From NCBI RefSeq assembly GCF_009914755.1, contig NC_060939.1: a stretch of 64,000 nt of DNA; one strand, given 5' to 3'. The position numbers and the translations under genes were made by a program. The notes beneath the pieces are model-generated. The model made no database searches. It had not been told where the DNA came from and was given only the letters and a program-made list of their open reading frames with translations. Position 1 is the first letter of the stretch, and each line of letters begins with the position of its first letter. The stretch comes from the human T2T-CHM13v2.0 reference genome, Homo sapiens. Below, one piece after another: positions 32,671-49,784 of the stretch.

Positions 32671-33296
32671 TAAACTTGTCAGTGGAGAAACCTCGCACAG
32701 TAACTGACCTGAGCTTTTCAACAATGTCAAGCTCAAGAAGGACAAAGCAAGACTGAGACAGAGATTTAGTTCAGTGAGGGCCAGTAGGATTGCATCTGAA
32801 AGGGGTTAGTGGACCTGTATGCGGATTCAGATCAACTGGTGTTGGAAGTTATGTAGAGATGTCATGGCATCCATAAGCGCAGGGCCTTGTGATGCTCAAA
32901 AACATACTTGGATTGGATCAGTGTTGTTTGTCACAAAAAAGGCAACTTGTTCTTTGAGAAGCCTCATTTTTTATTTTTTAAATGTTGATTTTTTTATGAG
33001 TAGTTGCTGTGTGGGATCTGGATATAAAGATTAAATTCTCATCAGAGAGGGAGTGAGTGATACATTATGTTCTTTGCTGAAAGACCATGTGTCTCGGAGG
33101 CTGAAGCAAAGGAAATAAACACACTCTCCTGGTGTTTATGGGGTTTCCTCATTGTTCCCTGATATAATTCAGTTTAAGAGTTGGTGACAGAAGCAGATGC
33201 CCTATATTCATGGGATGTTCCATCTCACTTCATGACTTACTGGAATCCTAATTTTTAAAATTTTCACAGTGGAATTAAGACATAATGGATGACTCT

Positions 33297-33478
33297 AGCC
33301 AGACATGCTGACACATGCCTGTAGTCCAGCTGCTTCAGAGGCTGAGGCAAGAGGATCATGAGCCCAGGAGGTCAAGGCTGCAGTGAGCTGTGATGGCACC
33401 ACTGCATCCCAGCCTGGGTGATAGAGTGAGACACTGCCTCAAAAAAAAAAAAAAAAAAAAAAAAAGAGAGAGAGAGAA
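33297..33478 (+). repeat. Alu right-arm/FRAM-like monomer with A/(GA)n tail
   Basis: flanking aagacataatgg(a/g)tga repeat. Confidence 0.82.
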
Positions 33479-35461
33479 AGACATAATGGGTGATTCTGTT
33501 AACTTTTTTCTTGTTTTCATGTGATTAATATTTCAAATACAAATCTAGCGTATTTGACAAAAGGTGTCTAACGGAGACTTATTTTCAAAGATATGTCCCC
33601 CAGAACTGTGACAGAAATAGCTTTTCCTGTTTTTGCTTGTTTGGATTTTTTTTTTTTTTTAATTTGGCTTTGAGTTAGATGTTTGGCTTGTATAGAATGG
33701 AAAGTACAATTGAATAGTTTGCAGTGAATTTGATAAGCCAGAATGCTAGCACTCAGTAGCCAGAGAAGGCCAGGAAGGCACTCTAAGTGAGACATTTCAG
33801 CTCAGCGTCCCCTCCTTCCGTGACCAGCAAGTGTCGTGACATAGTGGATATTGTACTTCTACAGCAACAGATAACTAGTACCAACAGAATGTGTCCCATA
33901 GAGAGACCTTTTTCCTATATTTTGTGACATGCTTTCTTTCCTTGTGGATGAAACACTTCATTATTTTTCCTTCACAAAACACGGTGCTTTTTGACTGTGT
34001 TTTCAGTTGCTATCCAAACACTATAAATAATACAGCTAACTCCCCAAAGCGCTATTCTAGAGGTTCTGACACATAGAGCTTTTCTTCCCGTTGCTGAGAA
34101 TTTTTCTGCTCAACTCACCTAGGGAACCTGATTGCAGTAGTAGACTGCTGTCAAAAGTGGAGCTTCAAGCAAGAGTTTATTCCTTTCATCCAAATGTAAT
34201 ACCCTCATTCTGATTTGTAGTGTACGTTTCATGCAGGCTGGAATGATAGCTAGCCCCACGTACCTTCCTAATAGCATATGCTGCAACAGAAGGACCCATC
34301 AACCTTAATGTCACTATTTCTCCTTAGTTCCTCCTATATACAATTAAAATAGTTTCCCACCTGTATTTGTTATTCTACACTAGAAACATAATACATCATT
34401 TTGGAAATGTTAAAATTCTGACTAAAGAGAAGACTAAAACTTGTGTTAAAGTGTGTGTGGTATGCCTTAAGCATCGGGATAACTGATACTTCATAATTTG
34501 CTCCAGGCTCAAGTGTTCAATTCCAAGTCACTTAAATACTCAGCATGATTCATCTATGGTCATAGTCTCCCTAACTGAAATAGTGTCATAAATAAAATCC
34601 TCAGTGATTTTTAAAGCCTAAAATGTTTGGTACACTCAAAATATTTTAACTGATATTTTAAGCACACTTAGTAGCTGTATTACTTTGAGCTTGTTACTGA
34701 AACTCTCTGCATCAATTCAACTGTTAAATGGGGATGATAATGTGATGTGGCTTAAATCTGACTTCATTTGAAGTCCATAGCATATTTTCTGTCATATAAT
34801 GAGCACATGCTGTCATTGTGGAGTGTGATTGTTCACAATAACCAGAACAGTGCCAGGGTCCATTTTTCTCTGCCCAGAGCTTAAGCAAGGTTAAACATTG
34901 CTCACCATTGCTAGGACATTGTCCCTTGTTGTCTTGCACTTGGCTGTTTATTATGAGTGTGCTTGTTTAGGAACAGAATGTTTTCTAAACTCATCCTAAT
35001 CTCACTGCTTTCCAGCTTTTACCTGTGCTCTTTTTCCTTCTAAAGAAATTATTAGTTTCCTCAACCACAGTTTATCACAGCTGTCAGTAAAACTTGAGCA
35101 TTTCTGGAAATGTATTTCCACTGAGCTGTTGTCCAGAATGTCTTTTGTTGGGTCATTTGCTAGATTAGAAAAACAGACAAACTTGTAGCATTGTTTCTAA
35201 GCTGGGATCTGTTTTTTAAAAAATCTACTGATGTAAAGGAAAATACTGAATAGAGAGGGTGACTAAAATATTTCTGTATCACTTTCTGGGGTGGAGAGTA
35301 GGCAAGCAGTAGCTTCTTTAGGAACCACAGAGGACGGGAAAAGCTGCAGTGTCTCCTGTCTTGGACTTCCTGTCTTGATTCGAAGGGTGGGATATGATGA
35401 GCGTGACTTGCCGGCAATTTTTTAGGGGGTCGCAGTAGCACAGGTGCTGGCTGTGTCATGA

Positions 35462-35995
<534 letters not shown>

Positions 35996-36203
35996 AGATG
36001 ATCCCTTTCTATGGCTGTATTTTTAACCTTTTCATTGCTCCCACCCAGAAGATGCTTCAAATAATAGAGAATCTGCTTGATTGCATCCCTGGAAACACAT
36101 TAGTGGTGATAATGTTGAAAGGGGAATTGGACCCGTTAGACGTTTTAACTTCATATGCTTCTTAATGAGATTTCATTTTCCCCTTCATTTTGCATGGTTT
36201 GTT

Positions 36204-36498
36204 ACAGGTTGAGCATCCCTAATTTGAAAGTCTGAAATTTCTCAAAATCTGAAACGTTCGAGCACCAACATGATGCCACAAGTGGAAAATTCCACATATA
36301 AGGCCTTAACAAAATTATGTAACATATTATATAAAATTACCTTAGAGCTATGTGTATAAGCTGTATATGAAACAAATGAATTTCATGTTCAGATGTGGTT
36401 CCCTTCCCCAAGATGTCTCATCATATATATGCAAATATTCCAAAATTCAAAATCTGAAATACTTCTGACCCCAAGCATTTCAGAAGGAATACTCTGTG
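36204..36498. mobile_element. Tigger4/MER46-like TcMar DNA transposon relic
   Basis: ta-caggttgagcatccctaat start; aaaatctgaaatacttctgaccccaagcatttc end. Confidence 0.7.
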
Positions 36499-37489
36499 TG
36501 TATCACAAAGAAGGGCACTTTCCCTTGGGGTTGTTTTTACACCTTTGCTTATGGCATGTGAGTTTGCCAAGTTTCTTAAGCATGTTGTGATGGGAGTAGT
36601 AGCTTGTAGTTGTATGGCATGCATTAGACTATGACAGCTAAGGCCATCTTGAGAGCTGAACTGTGGCAGTTACATATCTGTACCAGATCTTTAAAAAGGT
36701 AAAGGATCTGTGTGACCAAAGATCAAGGTGGGCCTCTGGAAAGTTAGGCATCAGTGCTATTGAGGATATTTTATCTCTGTTTTCTGGATTTCTTCTCTAA
36801 CTATGATGGGAATTTACTGAAATATGTATGTGTGTGTGTGTGTGTATATATATATGAATATATGTGAATATATATATATATTCTTAGCACAGTTCTGTTT
36901 GGAAAAGATAACATTGACAAATACATCAGAACAAAAATGTAATCAGACTTCTTTTTGACATTTTTATTAAATTGTAAGACTGGAAAACATGCATGTTCAT
37001 TAAATGCATATATAAATATAAACTTTAATTCAATTACCTTGTAAAATTGAATTGCTCTGTTACCAGAACATTTCCTTTATATCATATATATGTTGGAAAT
37101 TTCCATATGTCAGGGATACTCTAGACACTCATCACGTAAGATTTTTCCTTATGATCCATGATTTTGTGACACATGAAGGAGATGTTCTTAGATTCTGAGT
37201 AATAGGGGCAGCTTATTTTCATTTTCTAAATCTGTTTGACATTTGGAGGCACATCAGAACACACATTACAGTAGTATCTTACTTTTGCACAAGACTCTGC
37301 CTGAGAAACTAGTGTGTATTTGTACCAACATTTCTTTGATCTGTTACTTGGAGTAGCTGCAACAGCAAATAGTGATGTCACTTAGCATTTATCTGGGGTA
37401 TGGAGTGGCTTTCATAATAGGTAGGTACAGGGCTTTTTCTCTCATTTCATTTAGGACATTGAGATTCCAGAAAGTCTGATAAAGGGAAG

Positions 37490-38720
<1,231 letters not shown>

Positions 38721-38979
38721 CCCCAGGTATGAATTGTGATCATTCTTATTTTCATAATCTAACAGGTATGTATTTATTAGCCAAATTTTTTAGAAACTGC
38801 ATTAGAATTCTGTATATTCAGAAATGGAGATGAGAATGTAAACAAATTATTACATCATTCACCTAGACAGCATTTCCCGGAACCGCATAGGCCATTGACA
38901 TTATGCTGTTTCCCCATGTGCTGAAGGCCCTGGCATAATCCGAGCATGCTCTAATGTCTTCTGTGAACCTCCTTCTCAG

Positions 38980-39102
38980 CTCAGCAGCAGATGCGGCCAG
39001 CAAGGCGGATCTCCATCAGCATCTCTCCGCTCCTCCTTAAGTCTAAAACTCTCTTTTCTCTTGGCTCTTCTTATTCGAGTGATGAGGAGGAGGAGTTGCA
39101 TA
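38980..39102 (+). CDS. AKAP13: Candidate in-frame AKAP13 cassette exon (T-QQQMRPARRISISISPLLLKSKTLFSLGSSYSSDEEEELH), 123 nt, symmetric phase 1
   Basis: branch point ctctaat 38949-38955, ccttctcag acceptor, ATA|gtaagt donor; 41 codons with no stop in the frame imposed by both neighbouring exons; local CpG retention. Confidence 0.72.
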
Positions 39103-39651
39103 GTAAGTAAGCAACTTTGGTGTCCAGTGACTGTTCTTGAAGGTCTGACCAGCTCAGAAAATGCTGTAGGCTTGGTACTAAGAAATTGTATGGGGGCTTT
39201 TAGCCTCTTGCATGCCATCCTTTGTAAGTCATTTGTCTTTATGCTTGCCTTTGAGAATTGGTTTGGATAGAACATTTTTTTGTCTTCTGTATAGTACTAA
39301 CGCTGAGCTACTGGCCTCCTGATTCCAGGGCACAAGATAATCTTTCTAGCACACAGATACCCTCAAAGGTGTAGGGGGTGTGTTCCCATCCCATTGTGTA
39401 CTCTTTCTAATAATACTGTATGCTAATTTCACAAAACTTTTTATTTGACAATGTAAATTTTATTTTCCTTGTTGTGTTGTTCTGTCTCATGGGACAGATA
39501 TCTAGATGTTCATCTGTGGTGTTTAAAAGCTATTGTTACACTTTTTTTCTTCTCCTTTTCAGACCATTTCTTTAAAAATACCTTTCCTTTAAGATTAGAC
39601 CCCATGAATTAGAGGGAGGGAGTTATATACGTTTTGTGAGTGTGTGTTGTG

Positions 39652-39951
39652 TTTTTTTTTTTTTTTTGAGATGGAGATGGAGTCTCACTCTGTCGCCCAG
39701 GCTGGAGTGCAGTGGCGCGATCTTGCCTCCCAGGTTCACGCCATTCTTCTGCCTCAGCCTCCCGGGTAGCCTCCTGGGTAGCTGGGACTACAGGCGTCCG
39801 CCACCACGCCCAGCTAATTTTTTTTGTATTTTTAGTAGAGACGGGGTTTCACCATGTTATCCAGCATGATCTCGATCTCTTGACCTCATGATCCGCCTGC
39901 CTCGGCCTCCCAAAGTACTGGGATTACAGGCATGAGCCACAGCGCCCAGCC
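39652..39951 (-). repeat. AluY-like element with small internal indels
   Basis: flanking ggagttatatacgt repeat. Confidence 0.9.
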
Positions 39952-40564
39952 GGAGTTATATACGTATTTATCTCCTACTTTCTCTCTCCTTTTGAACTTT
40001 TATTTTTACTTCTTTGGATAAGCTGTAGGCTTCAGATGAATACATTCTTACTTGATAATGCCTTGTATAAAAACTTTACAAGGTATCAATTTTAGTAAAC
40101 TTGGAAAAGAAAGAAATTCCCCCTTCATGAAAATTACAGTCTTCAATTGTGCAAGATTTCTAGAATATTCCAGGATTGCTTTTAATGGAGAAACCACTTA
40201 TAATAGAAAGTTAAATAAAATTGTTTTTATATAACTAGTATTATGAGTCTGAGACAATTACCATACCCATATGATTAGGCACCCTAATTCCCTACCACTT
40301 GCTGATTCTAAGTTTCAGCAATATTAAGTGTTTCTCAAGCTGGCATTTTCACACTATTCTTAAAGGGAAGTGCCTTATGCACAATAAGACAGTTTAGTTA
40401 ATTTGGTTTTAAATGGTGGCCTTATTAAGGATTTGGTATATTTTTCACTAATAAAAGATGTTTGAAAAATAGACACAGAATAAGATGATCCCAGTTGTAA
40501 TAGAAGGAAGGTTGTGAAAATCCACTCTAACTTTGGGTATTCAGAAATTTTCAAAGCTGTTTCA

Positions 40565-41266
<702 letters not shown>

Positions 41267-42543
41267 CCAAGGTCCTGCTAATACAGAATTATGATCCTAT
41301 AACAGCACTGGTCATTCAGTTAATCCGACACAATGGAACCCTAAAAATACGGAAGCTTGCAGAAACTTTTTGAATCAAGTATCTTCTCAAAATGTGTTCC
41401 TTAAATTCAAAACTACTAGTAAGAATTATGTGTGGGCAGGGAGAACCAAAAGAAGGGAGGGGTTGGTTCATGGCCAAATATTAGTAAATTTAGGAAACTC
41501 TGGGTTAAGCAGGTTTAAAATGCTAACGTTGTGTTACGTTGTGGATTTTCAAGGCAGTGTTCAATATACTGTTTCTCCCAAATGTATTAACTAGAAAACC
41601 ACAATATGTGCAGCACTGTATACAACATTTCATGAAACTGGTGTTCCACGGAACACACTCTGAAAAATATCAACTGTGTCCATCCAGTAGTTCCACCCTG
41701 AAGTTCCTGGCTGTAGTATAAATCTGCAGGTTATTTCATGCCTTGAAAGATAATCTAGTTGAAATATATTATTTACCCACAATAATACTTTGCAGGCTAA
41801 CTTTAATGACAAGTTTCGTTTCGTTTCATTTATTTTGTCCATAATTTTGTCATGGAAGTAGCATTGGTTGTTTTCTACCCTTAGGTGCTCTGAAAACTTG
41901 ATGATACTTTAGGAATTTCAGAGGCATTGGTGGATTAATTACTGTGTTCAGAACCACATCTAAAAGGTCATCATAACTTAACTAAAATTTTTAGCAGTGG
42001 AAAAGTTGAAAATATTATAGGAGTCATAGATTCTCCTAGTACTCAATCACATATGTGTTCAGTCTTTAATTTATTCCACACATATCTGCTGGAAGCTTAT
42101 GATTGGCCCTGCTTTGTGTTGGTTGGTATTTTTCTGCATTATGAATTTTATTTTTATTTAGTTCATATTACTAGGGTGGTAACTTACTAGGTAATTGCTT
42201 AAATGTATAGTAGAATCCAGGCAAGCTTAGAAAATTTAATGCTGCTCCTATCACTGAAGTTTCCTTGGGCAGAAAAGGTTTTAAAACCACTGATTTAAAC
42301 TATCCTCTTGATTTTTTTTTTAAGTACACTAATGCATCATAAGATTAAAATGCTGATATTTTACACCTAGATTATGCAGAACCTGGGGATGGATCCCAGA
42401 TATTCTTATGCTGCTAATCTTTCCCTCTTACCTGGCTGTTGTTACCATGTGTTGTAAGTGAAATGAACAGAAGAAGAACCCTAAACTGGGAAAAAGGAAA
42501 AAAATACGGAAGGCAATCTTTTGAAGACTTAGAATTTGTTTTA

Positions 42544-43131
<588 letters not shown>

Positions 43132-44161
43132 TAGTCTGGTAGTAGAACATCTTCAAATCTCTATCAGATTAAAGTTTTGCTTACAGTAATCTCAGAGATC
43201 CTTGAAACCAACCTCAAGGAAAAAGGAAGGTGTTTTGTCTAAATCGTTAAAATAGTGTTACAGAGTAACCTTTGTTTCCCTGGAATATACATGGAAATAG
43301 TTCTATAACTGATGTCCTGAAAATTGAAAATCATTTATCACTGTGACTGAGGTCTTGCTCTCATCTAAGTCTTCAGTAACTCAATCTTTATTAACATGTG
43401 GTAGATAAAAATAATAATATTCCTTCTATTTTTTCTTCATATTGCCCTATCTGACATAGTCTTAGAATTTTAATGACCTGCGGCAGTTTATGGTCCAGTG
43501 GTTGTGGAAGGAAGAAGTACGCATCTGCCTCATTCATTTTTATCTCTATTAGCCTGGAAAGGACTTTGCCATCTGTTTTATCTCCCTCATTTCACAGATG
43601 AGGAAATGAAATCCAAAGGTCTCATCCCAAATTAGTGACAGGGCGAAGACTTGATAAGCCAGCTCTGATGCTCTTTCCTGTTTGCTAATCTATTTCTAGC
43701 AATTCTCATGAAAATATTAGAGATGAGCTAGATCTTATAGAAACATATAAAAGCAGTATTAACGGATAAAATATGACATTTAATTTCCTATTCTATATTC
43801 TTCCTATGATGTCATCTCAGAAGGATGGTTTGTGCAAACTGAAGATTGATAAGAACTGGAATTAAACATGCTTCATATGTGTTTAAGCATTAGAAAAAGT
43901 TATTTGGAGTCTTTTTAGTTACTTGAATCCTGGATTAAACTTATTTTCTTCATGAGAAATTCACTACCTACTTCTGGTTCTAATTTGAGGGTTTCAAGTT
44001 TAATTTTTCCTTCTTTCAAACCTTTAGAAGGAGGAGGTACCATGTGCTGACTTTCACACGCTGTTTTTGCTTTAGCTGTGTCATTGTGAATTTATAAATA
44101 TTCTACCCGGCATCAGTGTTAAATTTTTTGGTTCTAACTTTTTTTCTGCCTTGTTTTCTAG

Positions 44162-44216
44162 ATTCACGGCCCTTCCACAGTACCTTCCACAATACCAGTG
44201 CTAATCTGACTGAGAG
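44162..44216 (+). CDS. AKAP13: AKAP13 coding exon (N-SRPFHSTFHNTSANLTE), 55 nt, phase 1 to 2
   Basis: ttctaac branch point, ttgttttctag acceptor, GAG|gtacta donor; in frame. Confidence 0.93.
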
Positions 44217-44647
44217 GTACTATAAATTTGTTACTCCTTTTTCCAGAAATAAAATGAAGAAAATTTAAAATCTCTTAGGCCATTTAATTACGTAAACTAA
44301 GTTAATTGAGCTTATTGGGTTCTTCTTTGAGTGATAAACTTGGAATAATGATTAAAAGTGGTTTTGTCATGAAGGCTATACCTTAAAGTTAATGTCTTCA
44401 GTAGTTTTATTAATTATACTGTCCTCATGATAAAAATTGGTTGTATTTATTGATGTGAGGGTACACTATTATTTGACTTTATGAACTTGTGCACCCTTTG
44501 CTTATGGGATTTTTAATTCCTAAATCTAACAGTCTAAACAACATTTTGTTTCATATTAGTGTCTGTGTGTGTGTGCAATTTATAATAGTCTTAGCTATTT
44601 TAAGCTTTAAAGCTGTTTTCTTCTGTATACATGTAAATGATACATAG

Positions 44648-45067
<420 letters not shown>

Positions 45068-45485
45068 TGAAGTTTAATTGGGGTTCCTATGGCTGCCCTG
45101 CAGTTTTTTCTGAGTTGCCTTCTTTTTCACAGAGGCATCAGTTATGATTCTGATTTAGAACCCTTGCAATGAATGCTTCTCTTTGCACTGCTTTTATAGC
45201 TTATTCTTTCTCCTTTCTACAGCAGTGGTTTTCATACCATTTCCCCCTTATCTTAAAAACAGACTGCTGTATTTTGTAAACAATGCATATATAAATAAAC
45301 TGACTGTTGACAGGACCCCTTGTGGTGCTGCTTCTGCCTGCCACCTGCCCTCTCACAGAGGCCCTAGAGGCAATCACTGCTGTTCTGTGGGAAATGTCTA
45401 AAATATTTTAGAACACCTAAGCAAAGTAGTATAAATGGATGCCTTTTCTATATAACGGATTGTTTATTTGAATGCCCAGCTGCTC

Positions 45486-45791
<306 letters not shown>

Positions 45792-46303
45792 AAATGCCCA
45801 GCATTTAAGAAAATCAACCATTGCAAATTACCTAAGTTAGAACATGCCCATCTTGGATGGACTTAGATTTTATGTAGGTTTCTTGAACAGGTAGATCACT
45901 GAATCTACATAAAACTCCTAAAATTGATCTTTCAACACTGTGCCTCAATTCTGTCTGCTCCTCAGTAAGTTCCCTCCTAAAATTGAACCTAGCTGCATGG
46001 ACCAGTCCACAGTCCTGATTGTCCCGTGTGCCAAAGGCTAGAAAAAAGTTGTGATCTCTACCGTTAAGGAACTTGGATATGTGGTCAGTCATAAGATTCC
46101 TTGGTTTGCAACTCCTATTAACAAGTACCCTGTCATTCTGCTACATATATGGGTTTCCTTTCAAGCACCCATTTGTTACAAAGGAGTTTGTAGATTGAAT
46201 GCTATTGTAGATGAATAGATTCCATATAAAATAATTACTGAATAATTGACAGGCTCTTTTTAACATGAGGTCACTGAAAATCCATAATTAAAACATTAAA
46301 AAT

Positions 46304-46575
46304 GGGCCAGGCGGTAGCTCACGCCTGTAATCCAAGCACTTTGGGAGGCTGAGGTGGGAGGATTGTGTGAAGCCAGGAGTTCAAAATCAGCCTGGGCAAC
46401 ATAGCAAGACCCCATCTCTACAAAAAAATTTGAAAAATAGCCAGGCGTGGTGGCATGTGCCTTTAGTCCCAGCTTACTCTAGAGGCTGAGGCAGGAAGAT
46501 TGCGTGAGCTCAGGAGTTCAAGGCTGCAGTGAGCTATCATCACACCACTCAGAGCAAGACTGTCTCCAAAACAGA
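46304..46575 (+). repeat. AluJ-like element
   Basis: consensus match. Confidence 0.88.
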
Positions 46576-46763
46576 CAAGTGAACAAGAAAACATTAGTGA
46601 CGGATCTAAGGAAACTTAGCCAAGTTTTGATAACAGAACCTGGGCGTTGTGGCATACTCTATAAAAAGCCATTCAGCAGCCTTCATCTACCTTTTATTCT
46701 GCTTCACTTTTATTTAACTTCTGTAGCCCTTTAAAAAAAATCAATCTTCTTGTTTTTATTTAG

Positions 46764-46896
46764 TATAACAGAAGAGAACTATAATTTCCTGCCACATAGC
46801 CCCTCCAAGAAAGATTCTGAATGGAAGAGTGGAACAAAAGTCAGTCGTACATTCAGCTACATCAAGAATAAAATGTCTAGCAGCAAGAAGAGCAAA
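46764..46896 (+). CDS. AKAP13: AKAP13 coding exon (S-ITEENYNFLPHSPSKKDSEWKSGTKVSRTFSYIKNKMSSSKKSK), 133 nt, phase 2 to 0
   Basis: tttttatttag acceptor, AAA|gtgagt donor; ORF 46750..47001. Confidence 0.95.
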
Positions 46897-47484
46897 GTGA
46901 GTATCACTGTGGGCATTGCTTGTGATCACCTCAGTAGGATCCTGTCACAGCCTGCATTCACACCAAAACTGGTTAAATCATGGGGACATAAATGGAAATA
47001 AATTCAGGATTACTCTCCGAAATCGCCTAATATTTAAAGGAAAATAATAAGAAGAAAAATAGCAAGAAGTGGAACTACCAGTTACTGAGTTTTCACTATA
47101 TGCTAAGTGCTTTCCATATATTATTTAACCCTTTCAACAACCCTGTCAGGTAGGTGTTATCTCTCTTTTCTAAAAGTGATGTACCTTACCGAGGATACTC
47201 CTCTAATGTGAAGAAGTAGTTCAAACCAGATCTCTTTGGTTTCAAATCCCATACTCTTAAACCACAGTGCTTAAATCTGTAATATCAGTTTAAATGCAAC
47301 AGAAGGATTTTATGCAAAGATCAAAGGATTGAAAATATTTATATTTGGCTTTAGAGGGAAGGATTATCCCACAGAAGATTACAAGAACTTTTAAGACTAA
47401 TATGATTTCTTAGATCTATTTCTAATTAGGAGCATTTGGAATATATTCTCTTAGTGATTAAGAGATTAAATAAATGTTTAAACC

Positions 47485-47806
47485 GTGTGTGTGTGTGTGT
47501 GTGTGTGTGTGTCTGTGTGTGTGTGTGTGTAAGGCTCCACTGTATCACCCAGGCTGGAGCACAGTGGCGTGACCATAGCTCACTGCAGTCTTGAACTGCC
47601 AGGCTTAAGCAGTTTCCTGCCTCGCACCGTAGCCTCCCGAGTAGCCAGGGCTACAGTCATGTTGTGCCATCGTGCTGAGCTATGTTTAAATTTGTTTGTA
47701 AAGATGAAGTCTTGCTGTTGTGTCTAGGCCGGTCTAATGCCTTACCTCAAACACTCTTCTCGCTGCAGGCTTCCGAAGCCCTGGGTGTGATCCACCGTGC
47801 CCAGCC
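47485..47806 (-). repeat. (TG)n microsatellite (47485-47530) at the tail of a diverged AluJ-like element
   Basis: about 23 TG units followed by a degenerate reverse Alu. Confidence 0.85.
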
Positions 47807-48168
47807 TAAAGTAACATTTTTTATCTAATTATTTTTCACATGCTCATTATGGAAATCTTCAAAATCTAAAAGTAAAAGAATGAAAATCTCCTGGAATAAC
47901 CCCGCTTAGAGATAACTACACTTAATGTTTTGGTTTATATATTTCTAATCTTTTTTAAAAATGTATTTTCAAAAGAAAGGGAGAAAAGAAGTTCACTTTC
48001 TTATACTGATTCCCAGTGCTAAACCAAAACTGATTCCATTTCAAGTCCGTGGGGAAAAACTTTTCGCCTCTCACACCCTGTTCATCTACCCACAACACCC
48101 TCTAACAAAATAAAGACATAAGTAAATAAAAATTTGAAATCAGTTAAGGAACTCTTGCAAGGAATCAC

Positions 48169-48233
48169 TGTGTGTGTGTGTGTGTGTGTATGTGTGTGTG
48201 TGCACGTGCATGCATGTGTGTGTGTGTGTGTGT
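48169..48233. repeat. Interrupted (TG)n microsatellite
   Basis: seen directly. Confidence 0.9.
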
Positions 48234-49784
48234 GGTATATACATGTACATACAGATATATACACACGTAGATACATGCATATTTAGAAGTAAGGGAATAA
48301 ACAAACATTGAATTCAAGAATATTGTCATAAAAGGGCATTGCCTCCTCCCTCACAAAACAAGGTGCACTAAGCTTCTCAAGCCCTCACTTCAGTGGGCTG
48401 ATGGAAATATAGCCAAAGTATTTTACCATGTTTTGTAAGATCTCTTGGTTTAGCAAATACATTCAAAGAAATTTTTCCACCAAACGTGCCACAAGAATTG
48501 TGTTTTCATTTCTCCTGTGCAAGTACAGAATGGAGAGAAAGTAGGCAATCAGGGAGAGATGCAAAGAGTCTAGCAAATTATTTCTAGCATAATCACACAT
48601 TTAACTTCAGACTCAGCCTTGTTTTATAATTCCAAAAAAAAAAAAAATGAAGGTCAAAGAATACTGCTTTACCAGTATTCTACGTATTTACATATTGGCA
48701 GCCAGGCTTAAAATAGAGCCTTACCTTTTTTACTTACCACTGCCGGCTTGGATACTAGTTGGTATCAACAAAAGAAAATCCCCTTGGACAGAGCAATATA
48801 AATTAGCCAAGTATTATTAAATGCTTTGTATAGTCTTAGCATTCCACTAGGTGTTAACAGGCACCTAAGAGAACTAAAGCTCATAGTCCTGACCTTGAAA
48901 AACTTTATGATCTAGTTTGGATGAATTCAAAATGTTTTCATTGTTTTTTATTTTGCTTTAAAACTACTGAATCTTGTCTTCAAACAAGCTTTTCGTGGAA
49001 GACCAATAAATAAGTGGAGATTCCCCCTTTCTAGCCATCTCCCCAATGTCATGGAGTTTTAGGACAGAGCAGTGAATGTACCACTCATCTCATGGATAAG
49101 GTAAAACATACACATGATAGGAAAAAAAACAACGTAAGATGGAATTTAGAAACTGGACCCTGACCTTTAAAAAAGTCTCAGCCCTCAGCCTAGCCTCCTT
49201 ATTTTACAAACTGAGGCACAGAGATGTATGCTTCATGTCACACAACCTCACACAACCTCACACAACCTCCTGTTATCTGACTTCCAGGAAGTAGTACTCA
49301 TCATTTTGTGTTTAAACAAAATGTTACTATACAGCGTAATTTTTTTCTTTTAACTTTTTTAATCTGAAAGGACTGGAGTTTGCTAGGAGGAGATGAGCAG
49401 AAAGGACAGGAGAAAACATATTTTGTGTTAGACCGAAATCTGTGATCACTGGTAGAAACTTTTAGTATCAGTTGACCTCTTGTCTCTGATCATCTCCTTT
49501 GTCAAAATGACAACACTTTTTTGCAATTGAGATTGGTTCCTCTTTCAGACTTGGCTTCAAGATTTGATCTCTTGGGGTCGTGCTGTCTTTAGCAGTGGAA
49601 ACTCAAAAAATTACAAATTTGTAACCCTGAATTGTAGTCCATTTCCCATTACCAAGTGTTTAGAGTGCCCTAGTGGCAACTGTAAGTCACCTTTTATAGT
49701 GAGGTGTTACTAGCTCACTTTTAAATAAAATTGGAACAGCTTGGCTTTTGTCAATGTAGCAAAAGATGATTTTTTAAAAGGTGG

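Noticed and set aside
49663-49680. CTCF-like motif (gagtgccctagtggcaac), and another near 4825-4840
   Set aside because: Core spacing deviates from the consensus; cannot be supported without ChIP data
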